This document shows, piece by piece, positions 50,693 through 63,325 of a stretch of 64,000 nucleotides of DNA. The notes below the pieces were generated by a model. The model ran no database searches. It worked only from the letters and a program-made list of their open reading frames with translations, and was not told where the DNA came from. Source of the DNA: Tubiluchus corallicola (Eukaryota > Animalia > Priapulida); NCBI GenBank assembly GCA_030141605.1, contig JAQGDQ010000795.1:31027-95026 (forward strand). Reading direction: 5' to 3'. Each line of letters starts with the position of its first letter. Positions within the stretch are counted from its first letter, which is position 1. The position numbers and the translations under genes were made by a program.

Positions 50693-50891
50693 ATTTCCGT
50701 ATATTTAACCTAATTAATTTAACTAGTAAATAAATTATTATAAATAAGTGTAAATATGTAGAATAATGATACTGATTAGTTTTTATAATATCGTATGAGC
50801 TGTAAATGTGAAAAAGAGAAATTATAAATTGGCCGGTGTGTCACTTAATGATGCGAAACTCTGCTAATTTAACTCCCTCAGGACTGCACTA

Positions 50892-51338
50892 CAGTGTTCC
50901 CTCACTTATGGAGGGTGTTCCGTTCCAGGCCCACCCGCGATAAGTGAATTTCCGCGAAGTAGGGTCGCTGTATTTATTTTAGTAGTTATACATTCCATCA
51001 ATCAACCAATCGTGGGTTGTGTACAATCTCACGTCGGCATGTAGCATCTCAAGCGGGCGCAAGTACTACATTTCGTTTTTGGTGTGCATTCATCCGCTGA
51101 ATAAATACACTATTTACTGAAAATGGTAATTTTTTATGATTTATAGTATTCTTTAGAATTAATATTTTTAATATATTTTTATACATTTTGTGATTTTTTA
51201 TGCAAAATTCATCAAATTTATACATTACTGTACAACATGTACTACGCATGTGCAAAAATACTTTAGACGGAGTACCGCAAAAACCCGCAAAACAGCGAGT
51301 CCGCGATAAACGAACCGCAAAGTAGCGAGGGAACACTG
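50892..51338. mobile_element. Tigger-like MITE
   Basis: TA|cagtgttccctc ... gagggaacactg|TA. Confidence 0.85.
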
Positions 51339-51389
51339 TATTCAAAACAGATCTTGTAAGACCTAGCATTTTTCTGTTACTGTATGAGC

Positions 51390-51790
51390 AAAGACGTAGC
51401 TAACATTTTATGTTGCTGATACATCGGGACCAATCATCTTTGGTCTATCAACCTGTACAGAATTAGGAGTTGTAACCCTCAACTGTACCGTGAACAAAAC
51501 TGTGGGTAATTTTCCGTCATACAAACACAATGCCGACAATTAATTCAGTGAATGACCTTAAAACTGGTTAAGACGTTAACTGTGTATCCAACCATCAACC
51601 CTGTCATACACACACCAACAAGAACACCTATCCAGTTAAAAGATAACTCGAAGACTTAACTTGGTCATATGCAACAGTTTAGGTGTTATGCGCCCAGTGA
51701 ACGAGCCAACCAATTGGGTTTCAAGTATTACGCATCTACACAAGAATGGTGGCACAATATGTCTTGTCCCTAAGGACTTACAAATTGGGT
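51390..51790 (+). mobile_element. Degenerate Ty3/Gypsy pol fragment (protease end to RT start)
   Basis: FYVADTSGPIIFGLSTCTELGVV and GVMRPVNEPTNWVSSITHLHKNGG..CL.PKDL with stops and frameshifts. Confidence 0.8.
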
Positions 51791-52155
51791 ACTGTTCTAT
51801 TGAGCAGAATATCGGCTGTTGTTGGCATCCTTCTGTCTCGGAAGACAATGGAATGTGCGCCAAGAGAGTCCGATCCTTGAACGTCTCCAGGGCACACGCA
51901 ACAGGAACCCCCTCTCTTCCTCCCTGGTGTAGTCCAAAGGAAAGCGGAGCGATGCGTTTGGCACCAGGTTGGCTGCAGGAGCTGCCGGAGTCAGTAAGCA
52001 TGCTGCAGTGGTCCGCCTTGGGGCTCCACTCCCAATTTGGAAGGCTTACTCCTCTACACATGGCGGTTGGGTCACTTGACCTCCTCTGCCCTCTAGCCGT
52101 TGGCTGCTTGTGCAGCTCCTCCACCTAGTGTCGAGATACAGTGTGGGCATCCCGC

Positions 52156-52260
52156 AAGCCTACAGCACCTGGTATTCCTAGGCAGTCACCTATCCAAGCA
52201 CTAACCAGGCTTAGCCCATTGAGTAGCTTACTCTGGTGTACACTTGCATGATCGTACACA
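52156..52260 (-). pseudogene. 5S rRNA pseudogene or 5S-derived sequence
   Basis: Minus strand gcctggttagtgcttggataggtgactgcctaggaataccaggtgctgtaggctt (52210-52156) matches the metazoan 5S 3' half; 5' half degenerate. Confidence 0.85.
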
Positions 52261-54439
52261 CTATTTTGCTAACCGCCAATCAGCCAAGGACAAATTCGTT
52301 TCGCTTCGTATTTTAACAACGTCTCCTTAAAAATAGAGTAGACTTGAGGCCAAAGTGAATCACAGTGTTGTGTCTGGATAGTTGAAATTTTCTGCATTAA
52401 CCGATTTCACACACGTGATACTGTACATTGTTACAGTGCAAACACTGCAGTTACTGAAAACTTTTTCAATTTTTTCGTGAAAAACTGATTTTAGATCAGA
52501 TTATGGTACGCAAATGCATTTCATGTATAGTTTTGCATAAAAATTTATTGTATGAAGAGTAGAAGACTGCAAAAATTATCAAATACAATGATATTGTTAC
52601 TTAGTGAGAGCAATTTCTTATGTATCGTCGCAAAATGCAACAACGCTAGCGGTCCTGAAGGGGTCAAGACTGACCGAAACCTGCGTGTTATGGAAGATTT
52701 TCAGCTGCAGTTTAAATTTTCATGAACTTTATTCTACAAAGAAATTTCAAGTTTATATCAGGGCTCAATCAAAATTCCACAAACCGATTAACAAATTAGG
52801 AGTTTACTCTGTATAAATTTGCATGAACTGATGTAAGAGGTCGAATGCGTAAGAATTTATTGTCTAATTAAGTTATGTTATTTAAATGACCGGTGGCCTT
52901 CAAATGCTTCATTACATTATGTGCTTACAATAGGCGTGTGCTTTCTCCGTGAAAAACGGCTACATTTTATTATCGTCATACATTTATAACTTTTTAATGC
53001 CAAAGGATTTTACTTTTCTAATATACTAATATTTATTTTTGCAGTAAAGTAATGAAGATACTATGGCTTAACACGTGTGAGTGTCTATAATTATATGTGA
53101 TAATGTACTTTACATGGTGACGTCCTGTCTAAATTTATTGAGCTGTACTTTTAATATACAATTATTACTTATCAGGGTCAGAAAAATTGGTATAGTAGAT
53201 CTTAACTGTATATAACAGTCAATGAATGAAATTTGCTATTATTATTATTATTATTTTGTAATTTATTAACTAGCAAAAAAGCCCAATTTGATATTAAAAT
53301 CGGTAGGTTTTTGTGCTATTTATTGGAGTTGTGCTTACATCTCAGTTTGTTCCACGTGCTTTGGTATCGAAAATTTTAAAATCAATAAATTTTTTATTCC
53401 AGTTACTTAATTACCTGATGGTATTCATGATGCTAGTGGTTTTAATGAAAAACAATAAAATTCCCCGTGTTACTTTCCAAGCCTCCCGCTAAATGAGCTT
53501 TTGAAGATGTCCGATGCTCGTGATCTGCCTAACACCGTTACCAACTAAGTTAAAATTTTTGCTAAGCAAAGACCGAAAGTGCCATAAGCATTCCTTGCCT
53601 TCTTTATTTACCCAAGTGCCCTAATTCAGATATTAATAATGGCCTTTTGTTTTTTCATTCAATTGTGACTTATCGTTGGAAATTACACATTTAAGTTGCT
53701 GGTATAGTTATTGTATATCACATTAAGTATAGTCACTTAAGTATATGAAATGTAAATAAATATAGGAACAGTAAAATTGGTAGTAGTAATAGTAGTAGTA
53801 GTAGTAATACAGTAGGCATCATACATTTTGTCTAATTAGTAATGCATTGTAGTAATGAATTAAAAATTTGTCTTTTTTATTTATTTTTATTTATCAATCA
53901 ATCAATTTATTTCACTCCAGCAATACATAATTATACAATACATAAACATACAATATTATTGAAACAAAAAGAAACAGTATAGGTAAAAAAAACGTTGATG
54001 AAGTCAAATTAACCAAATAAAAGAGTTGCTGTATGACACCTTGAAAGCATGGCTTGTTAGGGTGGCAGAAATGAGTGAATGAAAGAATGGTTAGGGTTAG
54101 TAGACATGAAGGAATGGAAAAAATAGTAAGATACGGGATAGGAAGAAGGAAAAGACCACAAAATCTCACAAAGTCTTGCTTAAAAATTGCCCTAATTTTC
54201 TAACTTAGAGATTGGAGAAAATTCAAGATAGGTGACTGTGATTACGTGATGCAGCTGATTTGCGTCCTGAAATTTTTTTCACTCCAACAAAGAGAAACCA
54301 ACTGACTTGTATGAAGTATTCAAGTACAATCATTTGCAAAAGTTTCAGACCAAAGTGATTTTTCCGTGAAAATTGACGAAACCATCGTTTAGCACGGTTC
54401 CATCTAAAAACTATTCATTTATTCTTCTAGAGAAATATA

Positions 54440-54765
54440 CTACAGCATAGTTTGTATGTTTTTATCCAAAAATAGTCACTGTCCTTGAACATTTTAGTAC
54501 TTTTTATGGCCGCCGATGTTGTCAATCACTGCCTTCATTCTAAGAGGCATACTGGAAAATAGGTTTTGGCAGTACTCGGAAGTAATTTCTTTAACCCAAA
54601 CGTCCGTGATAACTCTTCAGCACTTGAGGGCTGCCTGTCTGCCACCTTATCCTTCAGTATCTCCAAGAAATTCTCTATCGGATTGACGTCCGGGCTGTTT
54701 CCAGGCCATTCAGGTACGACGATGTTCTTCTCCCTAATAAATGGAGACAACCGCGTTGGCTGTGA
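54440..54765 (-). mobile_element. Tc1 transposase C-terminal fragment
   Basis: EWPGNSPDVNPIENFLEILKDKV (WPxxSPDLNPIE motif), then frameshifted SMPLRMKAVIDNIGGH. Confidence 0.9.
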
Positions 54766-54834
54766 TACACTATTTAAGCCTGCACCTCTGCTGGCCATGT
54801 GATACACTATTTAAGCCTGCAGATCTGCTGCCCA

Positions 54835-55040
54835 CTAGCGGTCATTCTGAGAAATTGTATAAACCGTATGCAAGAGCTAATCGTTGTAAAAGTTCATTTC
54901 TTTCACACCGTGTAGTGAACAAATGGAATAGTTTACCTGAGAGAGTGGTTAGTGCAATGAACTTAGACCTTTTTCAGGAAAAATTGAGGTCTTTATTAAT
55001 ATTATTATTATTATTATTATTGTTGTTGTTGTTGTTGTTG
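54835..55040 (+). mobile_element. CR1-type LINE 3' end
   Basis: GHSEKLYKPYAR..SFLSHRVVNKWNSLPERVVSA..FQEKL followed by (TTA/TTG)n tail. Confidence 0.85.
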
Positions 55041-55055
55041 AGAAAGGAAGCCAAG

Positions 55056-55328
55056 AATTCGAGAAATCTGGTGGCATTGCCTCCTGGGTGAGACGGTACC
55101 TTAGTGCCTAGTTGACTGGTGCTGTTAGGCAGTCCGGCAGATCTATCTTTACTATTATAGTTATTGTTGTTATTGTTATTGTCATTATTAATATTATTAT
55201 TATCAATATTTCTATTGTGAAAAGAACACAACAATTCGAGAAATCTGGTGGCATTCCCTCCTGGGTGAGATGGTACCTTAGTGCTTAGTGCTGTTTGGCA
55301 TTCTGGTAGATCTATCTTTACTATTATA

Positions 55329-55396
<68 letters not shown>
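55056..55396. repeat. Two ~175-bp direct repeats ending in (TTA)n
   Basis: aattcgagaaatctggtggcatt..gatctatctttactattatagttatt at 55056 and 55233. Confidence 0.85.
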
Positions 55397-55397
<1 letters not shown>

Positions 55398-55513
55398 AAA
55401 TAACTAAACCTAATTCTTGTATTTACTTCGTTATTGTTACTAATATTATCAATATTACGTTTGCTGTTATAGGTAAAGTTGATAATTTTTTTTAGTTTGG
55501 TTTGTAATAATAT

Positions 55514-55893
55514 TGTAACGGATCCCGGTTCCAATGTGGATCCGTCTCAGGATGTATAGAGCGGCATACAAGCTATAAAATACTTTACAGCAGACGAGAA
55601 AAGTAAAAAGAATACGAATGTAAAATAAACTTTAATGCACAACCAGTAGCTCCATGACATGTGAACAGACTTTTGTATAAAAATTAGCAAACCTACAGCA
55701 TTCACCTTTACAGACAGAAAGGCCAGGTTGGAATCGTCAAATTATGACGTGCATTCTGTATAATACTGATACATTTGCACTACTGGGCTTCTCGGCCCGT
55801 ATTCTTTGTTTTTACACCTGTAGGCCGTGAAGCAGACGAACAGGTGTAATATGCACCACATTCTCATAATATTATAGGTTTTTAGGCATTACA
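55514..55893. mobile_element. Possible solo LTR
   Basis: TGTAA...TTACA termini; no convincing TSD. Confidence 0.3.
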
Positions 55894-55899
55894 ATTTCT

Positions 55900-56235
55900 G
55901 CTGTTGTTGTTGTTCTTCTTCTTCTTCTTTTATTTTTCTTTTTTTTTAATTTTCGTTCTTGTTCTTGTACTTTTTGTCCTTAGTTGTTGTTCTTTTCTTC
56001 TCTTCTTTTTGTTCTTTTTTGTTTTTCTTCTGCATCTTCTTGTTTTTCTTGTTATTGTTTTTTTCTTGCCCTTGTTGTGTCTGTCTGTTGTTGTTCTACT
56101 TTTTCTTCTTGTTTTTCTTCTGCATCTTCTTGTTTTTCTTGTTATTGTTTTTTTCTTGCCCTTGTTGTGTCTGTCTGTTGTTGTTCTACTTTTTCTTCTT
56201 GTTTTTCTTCTGGTTCTTCTTGTTATTCTTCTTAA
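55900..56235. repeat. T-rich low-complexity tract with a 90-bp tandem duplication
   Basis: tttttcttctgcatcttcttg.. at ~56021 and ~56111. Confidence 0.85.
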
Positions 56236-57599
56236 ATTCTTCAGGAATCATCTTTTTCTTTTGGACGGTTTAAAATTATTTATTGCATATGGGACTGCAA
56301 GTAAGCAGGTGTTCGGTTTTTTCAAACTTCCTGACATCCCGAGGTGTGGGATTTTCTGTAAATAAATTTCAATTAGAAAGCTGCCCAATTGAAGAAAGAT
56401 AACATAAAGTGTTGGTTTGCCTAGAACGAATGTATTTATATGTGGCAAGTGACAAAAAGCCATTTAACTATAATATTTTGTGGTCACACAAACCCCTAAA
56501 CTAATGAGTAAAGCCATTGTTTTAAGTATGCAGCAAATAACCCAGTAGTCGGGGGCGTGTGATCATAAGGAGGGAGTATTTATTCGGCAACAATGCAAAT
56601 AATTATACTTCATTTACAACAGTGCTAAAATAAAAGGATTATGCAAAAATATAATAAATTTTGCGTACAGAAACACTAACAAAAAGAACTTCTTATTTGT
56701 TTTCCACTACCTTTCCCCTCGTACTTCTACAGTATGACTTTAAATAAAATTTAAATATAAATTAAAATTAATAATTTTTTTTAGAAACTACAGCATCACT
56801 GAGGGCAGCTGAGCTTCAAACCAATTGTATTTATAGGTAGGGTGCAGGCCTTAAATACAATATTTCTAGACCAAAAATGCCATTATAGTCCTGTGACATT
56901 TTGCAAATTGTCTTTTCTTTGAAAGACGTCCCGAATTTTTTGTTTCTCCTTCAGTGTGTAGTCAGACCCAAGCTGACATATACAAGGAAATTTTCTAAGG
57001 CGACTACAATTATTAATCATTAATTCTATTTGTTACTGTAATATTATTAGATTATAAAAGTAAAGGTTTTTTCTTTATTTCGTAAACGCGTGTGTCACGT
57101 GCCTTTCAACTTAGGCCTCGATAATGCCAAAACTAATACGAAATTCGTCACGTGACTCCACACAAACATGATGGCGATATGTACTGTATGGTGTGCAACT
57201 GTGAATACTACGTAATTATTTGGTATTATACACTAAACATATGACTAAATTATCACCAGATTATCACAAACATTCACTGAAGTCGTGAGAATAATGAGAT
57301 ACGAGCCTAGAAACGAGTAATAAACTAGAAAAAAACTAGGAGGTCCGAAAGTGTAATAGCGCCTACAAAAATCATTTTCACGTTGTTTTCTTGAAAAATT
57401 GGCGGTACGAGTTCTCAATAAAAGTAAGTACAATGGTTTAAGATAATTATGTTATGTAATCTACGATCTTCAATACCTTATCCACTGTGACTGTCGTTTA
57501 ATAGATGGCGCTGTTACTGTCATGGCGATTCTTCTAAAATTTCCATGTCTTAAAAAGTAAAAAAATCGTAATTTTGTTTCGAAAAGCAACCGAATTATT

Positions 57600-58862
57600 A
57601 GAACAAATCAACATAGAACTCGCCAGCCTAACAAGGCTGATTCTTATGATCCTGATCACAATTTAGTGAAGTTCACATGTGATTATTATAAACTCGAATC
57701 TCTAAAGAATGACATCAATCTCAATGCAGATAAAAATGATTTTTTGTTTGTCCATATGAATGCAAATAGTTTAACCAAAAATTACTCGTGTATGCTCGAT
57801 TTACTTTGTTATTTTTCTCAGGCTCCTGATGTTATCGCCATTAGTGAAACTTGTATAAAAGATAATTCATCAATCTTTTTTGTGTTCTCTTCCCGGTTAC
57901 ATTTATATTTCACATAACTCGGTAACTAACGCAGGTAGGGTAGCGCTTTATATATTAAAAATTCTATAGAATTTCAAATTAAAAGAAATTTAAAAATAGA
58001 ATATGATAAGTTGATAAATGATACCTTGCCCCCTGGGCATAGCCATATTCAGGTTGAACATCTTGTCGACAAAAACTTGTAGTAAAAATATTATTTTTGG
58101 GGTGATCTATCACCACTCAAACGCTCCACTCAGATGTTTTCACGAAGAGATGGACAAACTTCTGAATAAAATCAGCAAAACAGATAAATTGGCTTATGTG
58201 TGCGGAGATGTTAGTAACGACTTATTACAGTTTGACTCCAAGCAATGTGTTCAGGACTATACCAATATGCTTTTTGCCAATTACTTTACACCATTGATTA
58301 CTAAGCCTACACATTTTTCTTCTACAGCTAAAACAAGTATTGACCACATTTATACACTTACTCCCCTTCTCCCATTTATGCCGGTGTAGTGATCACTTAC
58401 ACTGGCCATAGACTTTGGAATAACATCAACAAATAAATGAAAAATTCTTTATCTATAAATAACTTCAAAAGAAATCTTACAAGCGAAATCTCTTCTAATT
58501 ATACAGAATAAATCAATTTAACTAATTATGCTGCTGTCACTGTCGGAATCCATTGCGCTGCTGGCTATGTCAATTAACACGTACATTTCTTTAGTTCACG
58601 TTACTTCATACAGATACCATCACATCTTTCTCTTTTTTTCTATTCTCTATTAACCTTTCTTTTCTACTCCTTTACTGCTCTTTTCTATTACACTCAATCC
58701 ATGTTCATTTGGGGTGCTCTGAACAAGTAATGACTTCTTGAGTACCCCATGGGTCATTTGCAGCTTGGCATCTTGTGTACATAGTAATAAATATGTTATT
58801 AAATACTTTTATTTGCAATGCTGTAATGATCGTTGTGGATATATTTAATAAATAAATAAATA
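57600..58862 (+). mobile_element. CR1/L2-group LINE remnant: APE endonuclease joined to 3' end, RT deleted
   Basis: HMNANSL..PDVIAISET..GVIY..CGD..DLL..ITKPT..TSIDHIY, then LWNNI..FKRNL C-terminus, 3' stem-loop ggggtgctc..gagtacccc and (AATA)n tail. Confidence 0.85.
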
Positions 58863-59031
58863 GTCCTGAACCAAGTATCAGATCACTTCTCTGTTTTTAC
58901 CATTTGTAAAAATCCTTACTTATCAAAAAATCAAGCAAAAATCGGGAAACGGAATTTGAATATTTCCTGTAGTTTCTGGCTTTGCATTTTGAAATAACAT
59001 TGAAATTAAAATATTTTTGTCACTAGGAGCG

Positions 59032-62000
59032 ATGGGGCGGCACTCAAGCTCAGACAGCGAAGTTTCACGACAAAGTAGCAAAAGCCGAAAAAGCACAAAA
59101 AGGAGAAAAAAGGAAAATAAATCCAGTTCAGATAATTCCAGCAGCGAAATATCAGATAAACTAAAACAGATAACCAAAGTGAGACGATCAAGCAGTTACA
59201 GTAGTAACAGTTCGCGTGACGCATCGAAGCGGAAAAAGTCATCGCGAAAGAGGTCTTCGTCTCGCAGCTCACAATATAGGAGCAGTAAAAAGAAAGGAAA
59301 GCGATCCCGCTCATCAAGTCGACAGTCCCGAGACCGAAGGTCGGAGACCAGGAGGTCAAGGTCAAAAGACGATCGATCAAGATCTAGAAGCATAAGGTAG
59401 GTCTATACAAGTTGATTGGCTCTTTAGTATCGTAAGCAGTTAAGCAGCGTGCGTGTGTATACTGACTAGTGGTGACATCTGTGACAGGTTCCGTGTAACA
59501 CGTTAAATTAACAATCTGTTTTGCTATGAATCTATGCTATGTCAGCGGCACTGATTGTAAAATGATATAACTGTATTGATATTATTGTATTATATTTTTG
59601 TAATATATATAATTGTATTAATTGTAATTATATAATTGTATTAAATGATTATGATGATAACACACTCATATGTCCATTTGCCGGACCTTGATTTTATGGA
59701 TATTGGAAAATTGGGACAGACACAGTGCCTTCACGAGCTGACCGCTAGTTGGCGGGCCACCACTTTGCTTTCATCACGTACATCAGTGCATATCTCGATA
59801 CATGTACAAAAATATAGAATCAATTATGCGGAGTTATTTGAGTCAATTGCTGACAGTTTTCATATATTTTTGCATTTTTAGTACGAATTCAATCCGAACC
59901 TAAAACTATATATATTCGAATAATTAAGCACTTCAGCCACAAACGCTCTTTATCATCACAATGTTTGAAACAGCATGCAATGTGCACAATTTAGCTGCAG
60001 TTTCTGTGCAAAATTTTTAACAACCTAATAGTGGGCTTATTGCCGAACAAAATCAAGTAATATGCATGATCTTTGTAAGACCACTTTTTATTAGTGGTTC
60101 GGAAACTTGTTCGAATTCGAGTTCGAAAGTCACAAATTCGATTCGATTCGATTCGAATTCGCTTTCTGGTAGAGAATGCTCACCCTTGCTTTTGAGACAA
60201 TTAGGCAATTGATTCTACATTACCGTGAGTCTAATACACGGCGCCTACTGTATTAGCTTAGTATCAGACATTCTTCACTTTTGGCCGGCAAACTAAGATA
60301 TGAGTGTAATAATAGTAAATCCCATTGTACAAATTAGGCGGGGTGCCAGTCTTCTGAACAAATTCGTGTTTGCGCCTCTAGTTCTTCGCTGTTACATGCA
60401 TTTCGCGATTTGCTAGTTAGACGGACACTAGCACCACGATTTCATAAAACAGGTCAGGCGCTGTACCTCTTAGTTCAGGTGTGTTATGTTATGACGAACT
60501 GCACACATTCGACAGCTCATGCGTGAGCGCAGCTATAAATTTTTATTTTTAATTTTTATCTTAAAACTTGCTTAGTCTTAGTACAGCACAGTGAATGTCT
60601 TACAGGAGCACTGTACTTCAATTTTTGCTTTCACAAACACGTGCACGGCGCACTCGTGGAATATTTTTGCTGTTGGAAATTATGTTAGTTTGTGATGTCA
60701 TCAATACGGGAGCTCCCCTGCCATTAATTAAGTTTTTAATCTTTCATTTAATTATCAGAAACGCTCTTGTAGTATTAATTGTGCTAAAATGTATACTTTT
60801 TATCATACTTGAAAATGGGGTATTATACGAAAAATCATCCTGTTTTTTTAATTAATATGATTTTTTGGCTAGCATTTTAGTGCAAAGTCACAATTTTTTT
60901 TCACTTTCCTTTTATACGAGGACGCTGCCGCTTTAATGAAATTCTAGCTGGCGCATGTCAGATTTGAACCGCTTCGCTTACTCGTGCATTGAACGAACTG
61001 TTTTAGAAAAAATATGTAAGAAAACTGATGAAATATACAGACTAAAAGGTACACGGTAAATACTTGGATATTTTTTACATAAAGTCAGAGTATGATTCTT
61101 TCTTATTAAAACAGTTACTCTGTTGTGTTCGCATAGGAAAAATATCCTATGTAATGTTGTCAAATTACTGCACAACATTAATGTGGTAGGTGTACTACAT
61201 TTAAGCTCCAGAACATCAAATATGTTTAATATGCAGCAATTGTCGTTTCATCTGTAATAATAAATTACAGCAATAAGTTTTTAGCGAAAAACATGTTTGA
61301 TACGGTACATTACTAAATTAGATTACGTGATTTTCGTCTATAATTATACAAAAAAAAACAGCAAAATAGTCCTAATAGCATAAAGCAATTCAATAAACAT
61401 AATTAGACACTTACATGTGGTCTCCCTGAGTTTTGGCACTTGTAAAAAAGCAATAGAAATCAATTCACAACATTCGCATCATATCAACTTGAATTGCATA
61501 CCAGGTAATGTCTACCTGGCCAACTACCTGGTCACATGACATACAAGACCAAATTTAATATGTAGGGAAACGTGTATGTGCATAACAGTAGCATTCTCTA
61601 CACATTGAAAAAAATGTGTATCGGCAGATTTTTTTAGCCGCCTGTCCCCATTTCTGTTGGGAAAGACGACTTAATTTGAACCCTGTTAGGCCTAATGAAC
61701 TAGTAGACAGTAATGGAATTAGTAATGTTTACTTGTTTGTTTGTTTATTTGAGAAATTTGTTCATACGTTTATTTGAGAAAACTAAATTTAGAAAACTAA
61801 ATTTGAAGAAATGTGTCCAAGGTGTTTTGCGTTTACAAGGGCCTAACGTGTGGCGAAAACTATCCGTAAAACTGTACTTGTATAACATACTTAGTTTTTA
61901 ACCTGTTGGATAGATCTTATTTCATGTGACTATAACTACTTAAATGATTAGATTCTTGGTCGCATGACTGTCTCACCTTTCATTTGCTATTCTTAATTTA

Positions 62001-63325
62001 AAGTACTATAATAATAATTCAATATGTGCTGCCACCTACGTTTTACAATTATTTATTATTGAATTGAGTCAAGTTTAATCCAGGTTGTGGCCTTGGTCAC
62101 CTGTACCTGCTGGGCTTCCTTTATATGGTAGTGTTTATTGTTAGTGTGTTTTACTAGCCATTCGGGGAGCTCAGTGAGTGCGTGTGACTTAGGTAGCTCT
62201 GTCAAGACCAGCCTGGACTTCTTTCCTTCTTGAGCACTGCTGTTGAGTGGTAAATAATTGTGTTCTATGTAAATACCAGTCTACAACTGTCCACACTAAC
62301 TTCAGTCTTTCACAGTTCAACACAATTTCATATTCTTTGTTTCAACCACCAGAGCGAACCAGTCTTCAACTGTCCACACTAACTTCAGTCTTTCACAGTT
62401 CAACACAATTTCATATTCTTTTTTCAACCACCAGAGCGAACCAGTCTTCAACTGTCCACACTAACTTCAGTCTTTCACAGTTCAACACAATTTCATATTC
62501 TTTGTTTCAACCACCAGAGCGAACCAGTCTTCAACTGTCCACACTAACTTCAGTCTTTCACAGTTCAGCACAATTTCATATTCTTTGTTTCAACCACCAG
62601 AGCTAAACCAGTCTACAACTATCCACACTAACTTCAGTCTTTCACAGTTCAACACAATTTCATATTCTTTGTTTCAACCACCAGAGCTAACCAGTCTACA
62701 ACTATCCACACTAACTTCAGTCTTTCACAGTTCAACACAATTTCATATTCTTTGTTTCAGCCACCAAAGTGAGCCAGTCTACATAATCTAAACTAACTTC
62801 AGTCTAATATACTTCAAGCTCTCTACAAATTCAATACTTCTATTCTGTCAGCCATGAAGTTTTTACAAGTGGCTCCTTCTATGTAGTTCTGCTATAAACT
62901 TTTCTACAATGACAGAGCTGTAATCATGTTGTTCCATTACATTCAGCTGTTTATTTTACAAGTAAATATTATACATATAAATTATGTTTGCTTATTGTAA
63001 ATTGCATCTTATTCCTTTTATTGTTTAGATCACCCAAGAGGCCCGTTTACACTACGATTATCAGAGAAAGCCGCCCTACGCGAAGTCCCTCTCGGAGCCC
63101 GTCTCGACGTAGCCAGAAGCATCGGTCGTCGAGTCGCGGAAGGTATTCCAGTAGATCGCAAAGCCCCAGTTCCGACCGACGATCAAAATCCTCGCGATCG
63201 AGACATCGGAACGACGACGATAGTAGGACCGGGAAAAAGAGCCGGCGTTCTCGAAGCCGGGATCGCTCCGCACGATCCAGGAGCAATAGTAATGAGATAG
63301 GTACTAATAGCAAGTCTACGTCAAG
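59032..63325 (+). CDS. Arg/Ser-rich protein, RSRC1-like (partial; continues beyond window)
   Basis: Exon 59027-59396 (cactag|gagcgATG GRHSSSDSE..RSRSIR|gtaggt) joins in phase 2 to exon 63029-~63325 (gtttag|SPKRP..RSRSRDRS..|gtgggt; alternative donor after 63300). The MGRHSSSDSE start recalls RSRC1 MGRRSSDTE, but low complexity limits the assignment. Confidence 0.75.
62275..62805. repeat. 83-bp tandem repeat, ~6 copies, intronic
   Basis: Unit accagtctwcaactrtccacactaacttcagtctttcacagttcaacacaatttcatattctttgtttcaaccaccagagcka. Confidence 0.95.

Noticed and set aside
51636-52128. Overlapping 155-aa and 162-aa ORFs
   Set aside because: Chimeric across a Gypsy remnant and unrelated GC-rich sequence; no coherent domain
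55904-56365. Hydrophobic membrane-protein-like ORFs
   Set aside because: T-rich low-complexity tract, open in all three frames
59006-59393. Minus-strand ORFs here and at 63047-63313
   Set aside because: Antisense shadows of the RS-rich exons
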